Of a stretch of DNA of 64,000 nucleotides, positions 33,172 to 43,175 are shown in pieces (position 1 is the first letter of the stretch; each line of letters begins with the position of its first letter). The DNA is taken from NCBI GenBank assembly GCA_020631905.1, contig JACKGQ010000001.1, forward strand, positions 165,854-229,853, read 5' to 3'. The notes beneath the pieces are model-generated. The model did no database searches. It was not told where the DNA came from and worked only from the letters and a program-made list of their open reading frames with translations. Origin of the DNA: Candidatus Nomurabacteria bacterium (lineage in GTDB: Bacteria > Patescibacteriota > Saccharimonadia > Saccharimonadales > VXPC01). Both the position numbers and the translations under genes were made by a program.

Positions 33172-35070
33172 CTAAACCGTCGTTCCCTGGTCTAGGAATT
33201 CCTGATTGCGCGCATCTTGCTGGGCCTGTTGCTGTTGAAGGGCTTTTATCTGGTCTGGATTTGTAGTAATTAGGCTCTGTTCTGTTTGGCTGGGTAAAAT
33301 CTGAATATGGACATGGCTTTGGCCGGCAAAGAATAAGCCCTGCCCAACCGGAAAGTTACTTAGCCGCTTACGCTCCTCACTGGTGAGCTTAAACACATCC
33401 GCCAAGACATCAACCGCCGACGGCGATTGCTTTAAGAGAATCTGCATGCTGGCGTTAGCCACAATTGCTCGGCCCATACGCGAACTCATAAAGTCCTCAA
33501 CATCTTGAGTGATCGTGGTTAAGCCTAGATAATATTTTCGGCAGCGTTTAGCAATACTAAACAAGAAACTAGCCGAGTCTTCGTACTTCATCAGCTGCCA
33601 GGCCTCGTCGACGATCAGTAACCGTTTGCGCTGGTCGGCCTTGGTCTTATTCCAGATATAGTTAAGCACAATAAACATCGCTACAGGTCGCAGCTCATCC
33701 TCGAGGTCGCGCACGTTAAAAACAACCATCGGGTTATTAATGTTTATATTGCTTTGTTGGCTAAAAATGCCCGCAAACGTACCGCTGGTGTATTTACGTA
33801 GTCTCTGGGCAAGCTGAGGCCCATTGCCACCCATGTGTAGGAGTGTGTCGTAGAGGTCGCTAATTGTCGGTGGCGGGCTACCGTGTGTGAGCGGATCGCT
33901 AGTTATGCCGGCTTTTTCATAAGTTTCGATCAAAGCGGCATCTAGGTCGGCTTCTTCGCTAGGTGCGAGTACCGGTGTAGTGGCCCCACCATTGGCCGCC
34001 ATAGCTGCCTGGGCCCCACCCATCATTAGGCGCATTAACCCGTGCAGGGTGATTAGGTTGCTACGCAAGGCGTTGTCGGCATCTTCACTGTCAAACACCT
34101 GTGGAATATCGAATGGGTTGATTCGAGTCGGGCTGTTAAGACTAAGTTTTACGTAAGCGCCACCTACAGCCTCGCACATTCGCTGGTATTCGTTTTCTGG
34201 GTCGATAATCACAATCTCGGTGCCGACCATCAATTGGCGCAAAGCCTCGAGCTTAACGGTAAAGCTTTTACCAGCACCGGCTTTAGCGAAGACCACGCTG
34301 TTGCTGTTTTCTAGGCTAAATCGATCAAAAATTACCAGGCCAGAGTTGTGCATGTTAATGCCGTACAGAATACCGTTTTCTTGGGTTAGATCAGCGCTAG
34401 TAAACGGAAAACTTGTGCTAATTGCGCCGGTGTTCATGTTGCGCCTAATCTGCAGTTTATCGACAAATTGAGGAATGGTCGTACTTAAGCCTTGCTCCTG
34501 CTGGGCGCTGGCTGGCTTGCTGTGAACAAGCTGCTGGCCAAGCATGCTCTCTACTTTGTGGCTAACAAACTCGAGCTCGTCTAGACTGCTGGCGTAAATT
34601 GTAAAGTACAAGCCAAAGCGGAAGAAACGCTCTTCGCCAACCTGCAGCTTATCGCGCATTTCTTCGGCGTCGAGAATCTGGGCTTGTTTGGCGGGGTCGC
34701 GCACCCGGCCCTTCTCGGCATCAATCTGGATTCCGGCTTCGAGCTGACCGACTTTTTTGCGCAGGTTGTCTAAGACCACCTGGCTCTCAACTGGATAAAC
34801 ATACATCGATATATCGATAATTTCGTCGAGGTTAATCATGCCCGACAGCCAGCCGGTATACACTTGCCTTGGGTAGCCGTAGACGTAATAGGTCCGAGCA
34901 TAGCGAGTGCCTAGCTGAAAGTAAGAGCTTTGGAGCTCGAGCGAGCTTGGCGCAATGAAGTCTCGCAAAGCAGTTACACCTTTTTGGAAGGCTTGCTGGA
35001 CTTCCATTTCCTCACGCATTCGCTGCTGCTGGGCCAAAGTTACTGGGTCAATCTGTTTTTTACCAAACAT
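33172..35070 (-). CDS. virB4: Type IV secretion ATPase VirB4/TrbE family
   Basis: 632 aa. Walker A AKAGAGKSFTVK and Walker B RLLIVDEAWQLM. The N-terminal YYVYGYPRQV...GWL block is typical of VirB4/TraE-like conjugation ATPases. Confidence 0.85.
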   Translation of the reverse strand: MFGKKQIDPVTLAQQQRMREEMEVQQAFQKGVTALRDFIAPSSLELQSSYFQLGTRYARTYYVYGYPRQVYTGWLSGMINLDEIIDISMYVYPVESQVVLDNLRKKVGQLEAGIQIDAEKGRVRDPAKQAQILDAEEMRDKLQVGEERFFRFGLYFTIYASSLDELEFVSHKVESMLGQQLVHSKPASAQQEQGLSTTIPQFVDKLQIRRNMNTGAISTSFPFTSADLTQENGILYGINMHNSGLVIFDRFSLENSNSVVFAKAGAGKSFTVKLEALRQLMVGTEIVIIDPENEYQRMCEAVGGAYVKLSLNSPTRINPFDIPQVFDSEDADNALRSNLITLHGLMRLMMGGAQAAMAANGGATTPVLAPSEEADLDAALIETYEKAGITSDPLTHGSPPPTISDLYDTLLHMGGNGPQLAQRLRKYTSGTFAGIFSQQSNININNPMVVFNVRDLEDELRPVAMFIVLNYIWNKTKADQRKRLLIVDEAWQLMKYEDSASFLFSIAKRCRKYYLGLTTITQDVEDFMSSRMGRAIVANASMQILLKQSPSAVDVLADVFKLTSEERKRLSNFPVGQGLFFAGQSHVHIQILPSQTEQSLITTNPDQIKALQQQQAQQDARNQEFLDQGTTV

Positions 35071-35957
35071 TAGCCTATACTCCTGTCTAGATTGTGGTCG
35101 ATTGCTTGGCCATCGCCCTTGGTAACCACTGGAGCCGTCATCTGGCTAAAATCTTTCAGCTGCTGGCGAGTGGCGGTATCGGGGTTGTAAGAATCATAGT
35201 AAAGCTCGATTAACTCTTGGGTGTCGAGTGGCAAACTCTGCACCCCGGATTGAGACAAGCCCTGCATCACAGCCTGGACGCGATTACGGAGTTCATCTTT
35301 AGCCCGTTCGAGCGTTGGCTCGTCGATAGTAACGTGATCGGCAGTTTTATTAAAGTTAAAGATGTTGCTAAACATGTTCTTGGTTTCTTTGATGGCGTTT
35401 TGGGCATCAAAGCCCTCGCGAAAATATGGAATCACCACATAAAACATTTTATCCATCACATTGGTTTGCTGCGATAAATCTTCCATAAAATATATATAAT
35501 CTTGCATCAGCACAGACAGCAGCATGTTGTCATGTTCGGAGCGAATTTTTTCGAGCTTTTGGATGTATGGTGCTAGATCGACCTTGCGCGATCGAATAAA
35601 CACCTGAATCGGAAAGTAAAGCGAGTTTAGGAAGCCCTGATAAGCGTACTCAACCCCCTCCCTTTCCTGGGGGCTCATCAGGTCGAAGTTGATCGATTTA
35701 CACATCACAACTGCCCTAAACGAACCATCGTTCATTACTACAATTCCGTCGCGAATTTCGGCAATGTCTAGAGTGTTTTGGGTGCTATTGGGGTTAATCG
35801 GCGGTTTGGCCATCGGCATCGGCTGGGGGCTGGTGGGCGTTGTGGGCTGGGCTGGAGGCACTTGGGTGAGCGGGGCTGGAATATTTGGGTCTACCATCGG
35901 ATAAGTCGCGGCCGTTGGCTGGACTGGTGATTGGACTGGTTGTATGTTTGGATCCAT
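35070..35957 (-). CDS. T4SS-associated protein, Pro-rich N-terminus, resembles a VirB4 N-terminal domain
   Basis: 295 aa with a TAATG junction to virB4. LDIAEIRDGIVVMNDGSFRAVVMCKSINFDLMSPQEREGVEYAYQGFLNSLYFPIQVFIRSRKVD parallels the N-terminal region of VirB4-like ATPases. It has no NTPase motifs. Confidence 0.5.
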   Translation of the reverse strand: MDPNIQPVQSPVQPTAATYPMVDPNIPAPLTQVPPAQPTTPTSPQPMPMAKPPINPNSTQNTLDIAEIRDGIVVMNDGSFRAVVMCKSINFDLMSPQEREGVEYAYQGFLNSLYFPIQVFIRSRKVDLAPYIQKLEKIRSEHDNMLLSVLMQDYIYFMEDLSQQTNVMDKMFYVVIPYFREGFDAQNAIKETKNMFSNIFNFNKTADHVTIDEPTLERAKDELRNRVQAVMQGLSQSGVQSLPLDTQELIELYYDSYNPDTATRQQLKDFSQMTAPVVTKGDGQAIDHNLDRSIG

Positions 35958-35970
35958 CTTCTTGCCCTCC

Positions 35971-36996
35971 CTATTTTAAGCTTACCTCAAAGCCGTCGTC
36001 GATGTAGTCGTGGTCGCGGTTGGCTTGTTGCTGAATGGTGGCGACCGTAAAATCATCATTTTCTGCAAGCTGTTTGATTATACCCGATTGCTGCATAGAT
36101 GGCACAGATTCTGTTGGAGAGTTTACCGGGTCAGCCTGCGCGTTGGCTGGTGGCAAGCTGCTGGGTATTGGCGGTGGTGGGGCTGTCTGTGGCTGGTTAG
36201 AGTTAATGATTGCCGTGGCCGCTTGAGGGCTCACGCTTACTTCATTTACTTGGTCGGGCAAAACGCCCAAACGAGCTTGTTTCTTGTGCAGGTTTTCTAG
36301 AAATGCTTGTTCGGTTGGCTGAATCTCGGGCTGTTGAGGAGCAGGAGCCGATGCGTTGGAGCTCATTTTGGCAGCCAAGGCTGCTTTGGCAGCTTGTTGT
36401 TTGTCGTCTAACATCTGTTGAAAATGCTGGGCAACGCTATTGGCGTTGTTGTCTAAAATATCGTCGCTAGCGCGCACATCAACATCTTGGACCATCTGAG
36501 GTATGTCGCTTGGCGCAACTAAGCGGTCGGGGCTCTCGATTCGCTCGGGGCTCGACAAGTTAAGGATTACATTTTTGACAGCCCACCCGCGTGAGTCGAC
36601 TGTATTAGCTAGAGCCCGCAATCGGCTAGTCACTTGGTCGCGATTCAAACCGTCAGTATAGTGCTTGATTTCTTTTTTGGGCACAGTAATAGTTACTAAC
36701 TCTTGAATACCGGTTTGGTCCCAGATGCGCTTTTTAGGTTTAAACATAAATCTTAGTCTAGCGGCTAGCCAGACATCGTTCGGTTGGTCGCGTCCCAGCG
36801 GTGCTGCCAAAAAGCCGAATGGGATCATCCCAAACAAAAATGGTATAAAGGCTGCCGGGTGGGTGTTGCTCGATATAAAGTAGCCAACAGCGCCGATTGT
36901 GGCGGTGATTCCGGCGAACACAAACTGCTTTAGGGTCAGTGGACCCAATATCTTATCTTCTGCCTCTATATCCTGCAGTACCTTATACGTTGCCAT
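35971..36996 (-). CDS. PrgI family (VirB3-like) membrane protein with long low-complexity tail
   Basis: MATYKVLQDIEAEDKILGPLTLKQFVFAGITATIGAVGYF plus a second TM helix matches the PrgI-family N-terminus. The Q/P/A-rich C-terminal half is unassigned. Confidence 0.7.
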   Translation of the reverse strand: MATYKVLQDIEAEDKILGPLTLKQFVFAGITATIGAVGYFISSNTHPAAFIPFLFGMIPFGFLAAPLGRDQPNDVWLAARLRFMFKPKKRIWDQTGIQELVTITVPKKEIKHYTDGLNRDQVTSRLRALANTVDSRGWAVKNVILNLSSPERIESPDRLVAPSDIPQMVQDVDVRASDDILDNNANSVAQHFQQMLDDKQQAAKAALAAKMSSNASAPAPQQPEIQPTEQAFLENLHKKQARLGVLPDQVNEVSVSPQAATAIINSNQPQTAPPPPIPSSLPPANAQADPVNSPTESVPSMQQSGIIKQLAENDDFTVATIQQQANRDHDYIDDGFEVSLK

Positions 36997-37109
36997 AGGT
37001 TATGGTTATTTTAACACCGCTACGCCAGTTAATCTACATCTGATAAGTATAAACAAACTACTAAAAGTACTTTACAAAAACACAAGCTTATGCTAATATA
37101 TGGCACATT

Positions 37110-37868
37110 ATGGCACTACAAGAATCATTACCAACACGAATCGCAGACGGTTTAGACGAAGCTCACCGAACCTATATGGCTGAGCCAGCAACCGAATTTA
37201 TCAACAACAGCTTTGCCCCGGAACAACAGCGCAAGATTAGACGCGTTGCACGCGTGGTGGGCGCTGTAGCAACTGCAGGCTTGGTTAGCTTTGTGGCTTG
37301 GCGCGGCGGCATGAATGTCAAAGAGGCCTGGGATACAGCTTGGGATTCATCTCTTGCGGTTGCCGACCGACCTTTGGAGGTAGCCAAAGATCTGCTACCT
37401 TCTTGGGGAGAAGCATTTGCCGGGTTAGGTATCGCAGCAGCAGCTGCATCGTCTAAAGCTATCGGTACCGAAAGACACTCTGGCGATCCAGTTTGGAGTG
37501 AGCGTGACGGTGTAACCCAGAGAGCTATTGCCGCTAAGCGGCGTGGCGTAAAATGGGTTGCTCGCAAAAAGCAGAACGTAGGCATTAAGCTAGGCTCTAG
37601 GGTTGCTGGCAAGCAAGCGAAACAACGCACGAAGTTTGGCAGTAGATCAACAGCGTCTGACACTCATTTTAGCAACGCCCGCAGAGGGTTCGGCGTACCG
37701 GGCCGTGGCAGCTATAGGCGAGTTAATAGATCTATCGAACGTGGTGAGGGCGCTGGTCGTCGCGCTGCGAGGTCAGCCGGCAGAGCTGCTAAAGCCAACT
37801 ACAATATGAGTAGACGTACAAGAATCGATGACGCCAACCAGGCTCGGGTCGATCGCCTGCCTGATTAA
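37110..37868 (+). CDS. Hypothetical membrane-anchored, Arg/Lys-rich protein
   Basis: 252 aa. Own promoter-like TGCTAATAT at about 37090. One TM helix (VVGAVATAGLVSFVAW). Very basic C-terminal half. Divergent orientation inside the T4SS locus. Confidence 0.55.
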   Translation: MALQESLPTRIADGLDEAHRTYMAEPATEFINNSFAPEQQRKIRRVARVVGAVATAGLVSFVAWRGGMNVKEAWDTAWDSSLAVADRPLEVAKDLLPSWGEAFAGLGIAAAAASSKAIGTERHSGDPVWSERDGVTQRAIAAKRRGVKWVARKKQNVGIKLGSRVAGKQAKQRTKFGSRSTASDTHFSNARRGFGVPGRGSYRRVNRSIERGEGAGRRAARSAGRAAKANYNMSRRTRIDDANQARVDRLPD

Positions 37869-37895
37869 TTAGTATCAATTATACGAGTCGTTACA

Positions 37896-40800
37896 CTAAA
37901 GATCTTTGACGTCCTGCTTCATTAACTTCGACAGCTGGCCATTGAGCTTCATGTTATCAAGTATGGTTCGCGAATCTACACCAGCTGGAGCGTCGCTAAG
38001 GTACTCACCCCATGCCGCTTTACCTTCGGCAGCCTTAGCCTCATCACTAAGCCCATGAAATTTTTCTGCTCTCTTTGCTTTCAGGGTTGCGTCTGTGTCT
38101 CCGTCGCTAACATCAATCGTTAAGGCAGAGGATACATCCTTTACGGAGCCAAAGTTTATATTCTTAGCATCGTTCCATGACTCGTGTCTTCCGCCACTGG
38201 CGAGTTGGCTTTGCAGACTAGCTAACCCTGCGTAGTCTCTTCTGTCTCCAAGAGCTTGCATTGCCGCGTCTAGAACACCATCACTATTGTCCGCATTTGC
38301 CGCCATAGCTCTCGCTACAATATCATCAGTTGAGAGGTGCTCCATGGCCGATCGGTGATTCTCTGCATTTGCTTTGCGTGCAGTACGTAGCTGATTGGCT
38401 CTAACGGCATCAGGATTATATGTCTCTGCAGCAGCGTCAGCACCCTGTCTTTGGGCTACCGCCTTAGCCTCGGCCAAGCTCATGCGTTGATATATAGGGT
38501 TACCGTAAGCATCTGTACCGACCTGGACGTTCTTTTGGTCCATCAAATCCATACGCTGGGTGAAGTCCTGGTGCCCTTGCACTCGGTCTCTAGTCGCCTG
38601 GAGTCTAGCAGCTTGGCGCTTGCCTCGCCCGGCCCCAAGTGTTCCAGTGCGAGCCCTATCGAAGATACCGCCAGCACCAACCGCCAGCTTCTCACGAGAT
38701 CTGGCAAGCTTGTTTTCTTGGCCCCATTTCTTTTGTTGGTCACGCTTGCTGGTGAGGTTGTTCTTGCCGCGGTCGATTAGACCCTTGGACTTGTCGTTTA
38801 CCATGCCGGTAATGTTGCGGAATATGCCCATCATCGACTTCATGAGGAGTGGAATTGCAAAATAGCCTCCCACATAGGCCACGATGCCAATAAACCAGGC
38901 TACCAAGCTACCGTTTGCTGCCGAAATAGCTGCAAATATCTTACCGATTGCCACGATACCAACAATTGCTGGGTACATAAACAATAGGCCGGTAAAAGTT
39001 GAGCGCCATTTCTTCCACATGCCGTCATCGCCCGGCAATACCCAAGCTGCAATTGCTAGCGGGCTAGCGATTAACAAGAGAATAATTGCCATCTTCCTAA
39101 ATACCAGAGCTATAAACGCCCCCAACATGGCCGTGGCAGCTGTATAGGCGATTGCCAGCACGCCAAAGAGCCCAATGCTCACTAGGGCAACTGCTCCGAG
39201 ACCAGCGCCGGCGGCAAACAGCAGTCCTTCGCCAGTGCCAGAGCCTGTAAGCGAGCCCATAAAGATATGCGCCATCTTGAGGTCTTTTACGTGTACGGTG
39301 TCACCAGCAATGCTTACCTCTGAGAAAGGATAGTAAATTATCGCTTCGACACCTGAGCCAATCGCATTAACTAGTTTTATGAGCCCCACGCATAGCACCC
39401 AAGACAGCTGCATGGCAATCACACCAATCAGGAGCCTCGGCAGGTATTTTTTGATTGTATAGCTACTAAAGAATCCAAGGTCGAGCGCCGTCGAGATAAC
39501 CATAAATAAAGCCGTAAAGACTATGCCAACCGTGGCGATGTTTTTGATTAGCGACCACGAAACCTTATAGGCGTTGGCCACCCCGTCTCTTGTGCTTGCT
39601 GCCGAGGTAAGATCTCGAGATTCCGAAACAGTCAGCAAATTGGTGATCACGCCGTCTATCCAGGTTATTAGACTATCGGCGGCTTGGAGCAAAGAGCAGC
39701 CCAGCCATGTGAGTGGGTTCGAGCCAAAACTGGCCGACTCACAGGTATTGGTAAAGTAGGCGTCTTCTGTGACTACTGCTATTTCGTTGTCTCCGCCTAA
39801 ATCACTAAGGCTCTCAGCCAATGCTGAACGTGCCGGATAAGCTATGTATACATACCCTACCGTGCCATCCCGGTCCTTTATATCGGGCTGAACGTCTGCA
39901 ACTCCTGCAGCGGTAGCCCTAACCTTACTTACCCATCTTTCGTGATAACCTGTTACATTCTCTTCAATAGAGCTGCCCATAAAGCAGCTTGCCTGATCAT
40001 CGACCCAGTGAATACGTCGATTCCTGTCATATACCAGAGCGGTAGCTGCGCGTAAAGAGTTCCTGTCCGTCGCACTGCCACTGGTAGTAAAGGCGTCTGA
40101 TATATCAGTTCCAACATCTCTTGGCCTATTGATTAATAGGAAAGATTTTGGATACCCGCCATCGCTTGGGATGCAGCTTTCGGCTGTCCATATTTCCAGG
40201 TCTGGACTGGTCATGTCGCCAAACGCCGAGGTTATATTTATATTAGATAAGAGGTCGGGCTTATTTGTATTCGGATCGGTTGGCTTCTCTAGTGTAGAAA
40301 CGAACTCTTCAAGCGTTTGAGCATCTGGGTTGGGAATCCAGCGCTTCAGCTGTACATCAGCTGCACCGTCTTTACCATAAGAATAGATATAGGCTGTACC
40401 ATCAACTATCTTCCAGTATAGACTTGCAAACCACTGCCTAAACATGGTGCTGCTATCATAAAAGGCACGATCGCTATGTGAGTGGTATGCAGGGCAGTTA
40501 TCGTTCCCTGCCTCGCCACATCCACGGCTCAGGTTGTGCACGGTATCAATCTTATCTTCAGATAGGAAACCAATTACTGCAGTGACCGATAAGCGTTCTT
40601 GGTTGCCGTCGTCGTTTTCTCTCAAGATGTTACAGTCAACCCCACTGGCCTCATTACCTCTGTCAGTGTATTCAACAGGTACTGCAGCGATTCGTCCGTA
40701 TCTACCTCTATTTCCATCTTCTTCGGAGGTCCGGACTGCAAACCCGCCCCTACATTGCTTCGAAGCCGAGTGCACCCAGGCGTAATCCGTATCGTCGTAG

Positions 40801-41735
40801 TGATCCTTGGCGCCTGCAACCCCGGGCCTTAATGGCCAATATGTCGCTAATCCGTCATCGACTAACCGTTGCTGGTCACCGTCTCCCCAAAAGTTTTCAC
40901 TTGCCATTGCGTAAATGACAGGATCATTAGTCCCGGGATAATTAATCGATCGATCGATAATCTCGAATGGCGAAATGGCAACGAACCTAAGAGGGTCTGC
41001 AAACTCGCCCTCATCAAATGCAACCCCATTATAATCTACCCAAACACGACCGTTGGTGCTTGAGCTTGGTGACGGCGCCCCTACTGATGCCGACGCATCG
41101 TAATTTAGGCCGTCTGCAATAATAATTCGCGAACTGGCTGCGCTAAGTCCTGGACAGTAATTTGTTCCATCTACCCCAAGGGTCAATAAATAACTACCGC
41201 CTTTTATTATTTCTGGATTAAATAGCTGTGGGTCCTCATTGCTTGGTGTATAAAAGGTTGGGTAACTTGGGGATGTGTTGCTGTGCCGAGGCATAACGGG
41301 CTGTAGTACAACCTCGCTCAAGGGAGTGCCCGTCTCACCGCAGATTGTGTTTACAGTTCCGTTATTTACTCTTTCGGTCCTATAAACCTGATCGCCAGCG
41401 TCATATCTAAGATCGATGCTGAATATCTGTGATGCCAAAGTTAGGACTGCGTAGTCCTGACTATATTCGGCCCTAATGATTTCGGCATCTGGATAGTCAA
41501 TATCGTCCATAAGGTCGTTATAGTAATACCATTGAAATATACCCGCTTGAGGAAAATCTACCCTAGGTTTTCCCGGGTCACTAAAATCTTGGGCAGCATA
41601 AGCAGACTGTGGCCCTACTCCGACTCTAGAAGCCAGCAATACTAAAACCAATGCAGCAAAACCAAAGACCTTGGTAATCACCACGAGCAGCGCATCTCTT
41701 TCTGTTGTAATTATCCGCTTAATTCTCATCAGCAC
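37896..41735 (-). CDS. Giant VirB6/TrbL-like polytopic membrane protein with about 680-aa extracellular N-terminal domain and long cytoplasmic tail
   Basis: 1279 aa. Signal/TM at the N-terminus and a large Cys-containing domain. A cluster of at least 6 TM helices at about aa 700-960 (Gly/Ala-rich, as in VirB6/TrbL). The charged C-terminal ~300 aa is unassigned. Confidence 0.65.
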   Translation of the reverse strand: MLMRIKRIITTERDALLVVITKVFGFAALVLVLLASRVGVGPQSAYAAQDFSDPGKPRVDFPQAGIFQWYYYNDLMDDIDYPDAEIIRAEYSQDYAVLTLASQIFSIDLRYDAGDQVYRTERVNNGTVNTICGETGTPLSEVVLQPVMPRHSNTSPSYPTFYTPSNEDPQLFNPEIIKGGSYLLTLGVDGTNYCPGLSAASSRIIIADGLNYDASASVGAPSPSSSTNGRVWVDYNGVAFDEGEFADPLRFVAISPFEIIDRSINYPGTNDPVIYAMASENFWGDGDQQRLVDDGLATYWPLRPGVAGAKDHYDDTDYAWVHSASKQCRGGFAVRTSEEDGNRGRYGRIAAVPVEYTDRGNEASGVDCNILRENDDGNQERLSVTAVIGFLSEDKIDTVHNLSRGCGEAGNDNCPAYHSHSDRAFYDSSTMFRQWFASLYWKIVDGTAYIYSYGKDGAADVQLKRWIPNPDAQTLEEFVSTLEKPTDPNTNKPDLLSNINITSAFGDMTSPDLEIWTAESCIPSDGGYPKSFLLINRPRDVGTDISDAFTTSGSATDRNSLRAATALVYDRNRRIHWVDDQASCFMGSSIEENVTGYHERWVSKVRATAAGVADVQPDIKDRDGTVGYVYIAYPARSALAESLSDLGGDNEIAVVTEDAYFTNTCESASFGSNPLTWLGCSLLQAADSLITWIDGVITNLLTVSESRDLTSAASTRDGVANAYKVSWSLIKNIATVGIVFTALFMVISTALDLGFFSSYTIKKYLPRLLIGVIAMQLSWVLCVGLIKLVNAIGSGVEAIIYYPFSEVSIAGDTVHVKDLKMAHIFMGSLTGSGTGEGLLFAAGAGLGAVALVSIGLFGVLAIAYTAATAMLGAFIALVFRKMAIILLLIASPLAIAAWVLPGDDGMWKKWRSTFTGLLFMYPAIVGIVAIGKIFAAISAANGSLVAWFIGIVAYVGGYFAIPLLMKSMMGIFRNITGMVNDKSKGLIDRGKNNLTSKRDQQKKWGQENKLARSREKLAVGAGGIFDRARTGTLGAGRGKRQAARLQATRDRVQGHQDFTQRMDLMDQKNVQVGTDAYGNPIYQRMSLAEAKAVAQRQGADAAAETYNPDAVRANQLRTARKANAENHRSAMEHLSTDDIVARAMAANADNSDGVLDAAMQALGDRRDYAGLASLQSQLASGGRHESWNDAKNINFGSVKDVSSALTIDVSDGDTDATLKAKRAEKFHGLSDEAKAAEGKAAWGEYLSDAPAGVDSRTILDNMKLNGQLSKLMKQDVKDL

Positions 41736-42159
41736 CCTTGTTGTTATTGTTTATCGGCTTTGACTGTATATATACTACGACCCAACTGCCGTCTTCTTGT
41801 TTCTCGGTGTCTAATCGAAAATCATACCTCGGATCTTGCTCGGCAACTGTTAAGAAGTATATCCTTTTGTATGAATCGCTCTCTTTCACCGATTTATCAA
41901 ATCTTGGCTCTAGGGCTAGTTGGTAATCTATGCTCTTTCGAAAGTCACTCCATGCGTCTTGTGTCACGGAATCTTTGAGTGTCTTGGAGGTGCGGGCGTA
42001 ACTTTCGCTGTCTTTCTTGTCTACTAGTAGCTGCATAACTTTCTTGGCTTCTTTTACGGCCGGATCTGCAGTTAAAGATCTAAAAAGCAAGTAGCCGCCC
42101 ACTAGCAGACCGGCAACAATTGCCGAAACAACGATTACGCGCAATGTTTTTCGATTCAT
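41719..42159 (-). CDS. Hypothetical membrane-anchored protein
   Basis: MNRKTLRVIVVSAIVAGLLVGGYLLF TM anchor. Overlaps the start of the VirB6-like gene by 17 nt, which suggests an operon. Confidence 0.55.
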   Translation of the reverse strand: MNRKTLRVIVVSAIVAGLLVGGYLLFRSLTADPAVKEAKKVMQLLVDKKDSESYARTSKTLKDSVTQDAWSDFRKSIDYQLALEPRFDKSVKESDSYKRIYFLTVAEQDPRYDFRLDTEKQEDGSWVVVYIQSKPINNNNKGADEN

Positions 42160-42280
42160 ATCTATTTGTTGTAACACCCTTTTTGTTAAACCTACTATAC
42201 TACGGGCTTAAGTATAAGCAAAGTATTGTTGGCGTAAGCTGTTGATTATTCGGCCACAAAGAAGTAACATAAGCAAATAA

Positions 42281-43174
42281 ATGAAGCATCTAAACAAAAA
42301 GTTTATTAGCGTCGGTCTTCTGCCCGTATTGTTATTTCAAGTACTAGTGGTTGTTTTTGGATTTGCACCAAAGTTGTCTGCTGCACCAACTCGGGCCCAG
42401 TGTAGTAGTACAGGCGGAACATGGATAACTCTAGATGGTGGCCAGTGTTCTTGCCCGTATGGTTACAATGCGACCGAGACAGGCTGCCTAACTAGTAGCG
42501 CCACAGATAGCGAGCTTAATGATCTGGCAGTATATGTTTGCTCGGAAATTACAAATTCTGGCGAACGTAACGATTGCGTTAACAACATCCTCCAGAACGG
42601 CCCAACCGAAAGCAACATTAGCAACTACTGTAGTTATTATGCACTCGTGAATGGTGTTTACTCGGATTCACGCAATACAACATGCTTAGAAAAGTTCACC
42701 GCCGGCGTGGGAGAGACTGGCAATGGTAGTTCGGGTGGCGGTAGTTCGGGTGGAGGTAGTTCGGGTGGAGGTAGCTCGGGTGGACAGATCGGTTCTGGAG
42801 GCGGGACTGACACCAACAATCCTGAGCCCACCCCCACCCAGAGCGCCTGTGCGCCTGATGAGTTTGATGTCTACGGTGTCTGCGACAATAGCAACCAAGA
42901 TACTTTTACCTGCGACGGCACAGCCGGCGACTGCCTGGGAGGCTTGCCAATTATGAAAACACTCTCCAAGGGTCTAGACATTATGTCGGTAATTGTGGTG
43001 CCGCTGATGATAATTCTGCTGATTGTGGCCGGTATACAGTATACGGTGGCTCGCGAAGATCCTGGCAAAGTGCAGTCTGCGAAAAACCGCATATATAACG
43101 TCGTGTGGGCATTAGTGGCCTATGTATTTTTGTGGGCGTTCCTGCAGTGGTTAATACCCGGGGGAGTATTCTAA
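42281..43174 (+). CDS. T4SS pilin (TrbC/VirB2-type) with Cys-rich N-terminal head domain and Gly/Ser linker
   Basis: 297 aa. Signal peptide, the CSSTGGTWITLDGGQCSCPYGYNATETGC module and a (GSSGG)4 linker. C-terminal two-TM pilin core AGIQYTVAREDPGKVQSAKNRIYNVVWALVAYVF. Confidence 0.7.
   Translation: MKHLNKKFISVGLLPVLLFQVLVVVFGFAPKLSAAPTRAQCSSTGGTWITLDGGQCSCPYGYNATETGCLTSSATDSELNDLAVYVCSEITNSGERNDCVNNILQNGPTESNISNYCSYYALVNGVYSDSRNTTCLEKFTAGVGETGNGSSGGGSSGGGSSGGGSSGGQIGSGGGTDTNNPEPTPTQSACAPDEFDVYGVCDNSNQDTFTCDGTAGDCLGGLPIMKTLSKGLDIMSVIVVPLMIILLIVAGIQYTVAREDPGKVQSAKNRIYNVVWALVAYVFLWAFLQWLIPGGVF
42725..42784 (+). repeat. 4 x 15-nt tandem repeat encoding (GSSGG)4
   Basis: ggtagttcgggtggc / ggtagttcgggtgga / ggtagttcgggtgga / ggtagctcgggtgga, in frame inside the first pilin gene. 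Confidence 0.9.
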
Positions 43175-43175
43175 A

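Noticed and set aside
37172-37663. 163-aa reverse-strand ORF inside 37110-37868
   Set aside because: The plus-strand ORF is longer and has a promoter-like TGCTAATAT and a TM anchor. The antisense frame is Ala/Arg-rich low complexity with no start signals.
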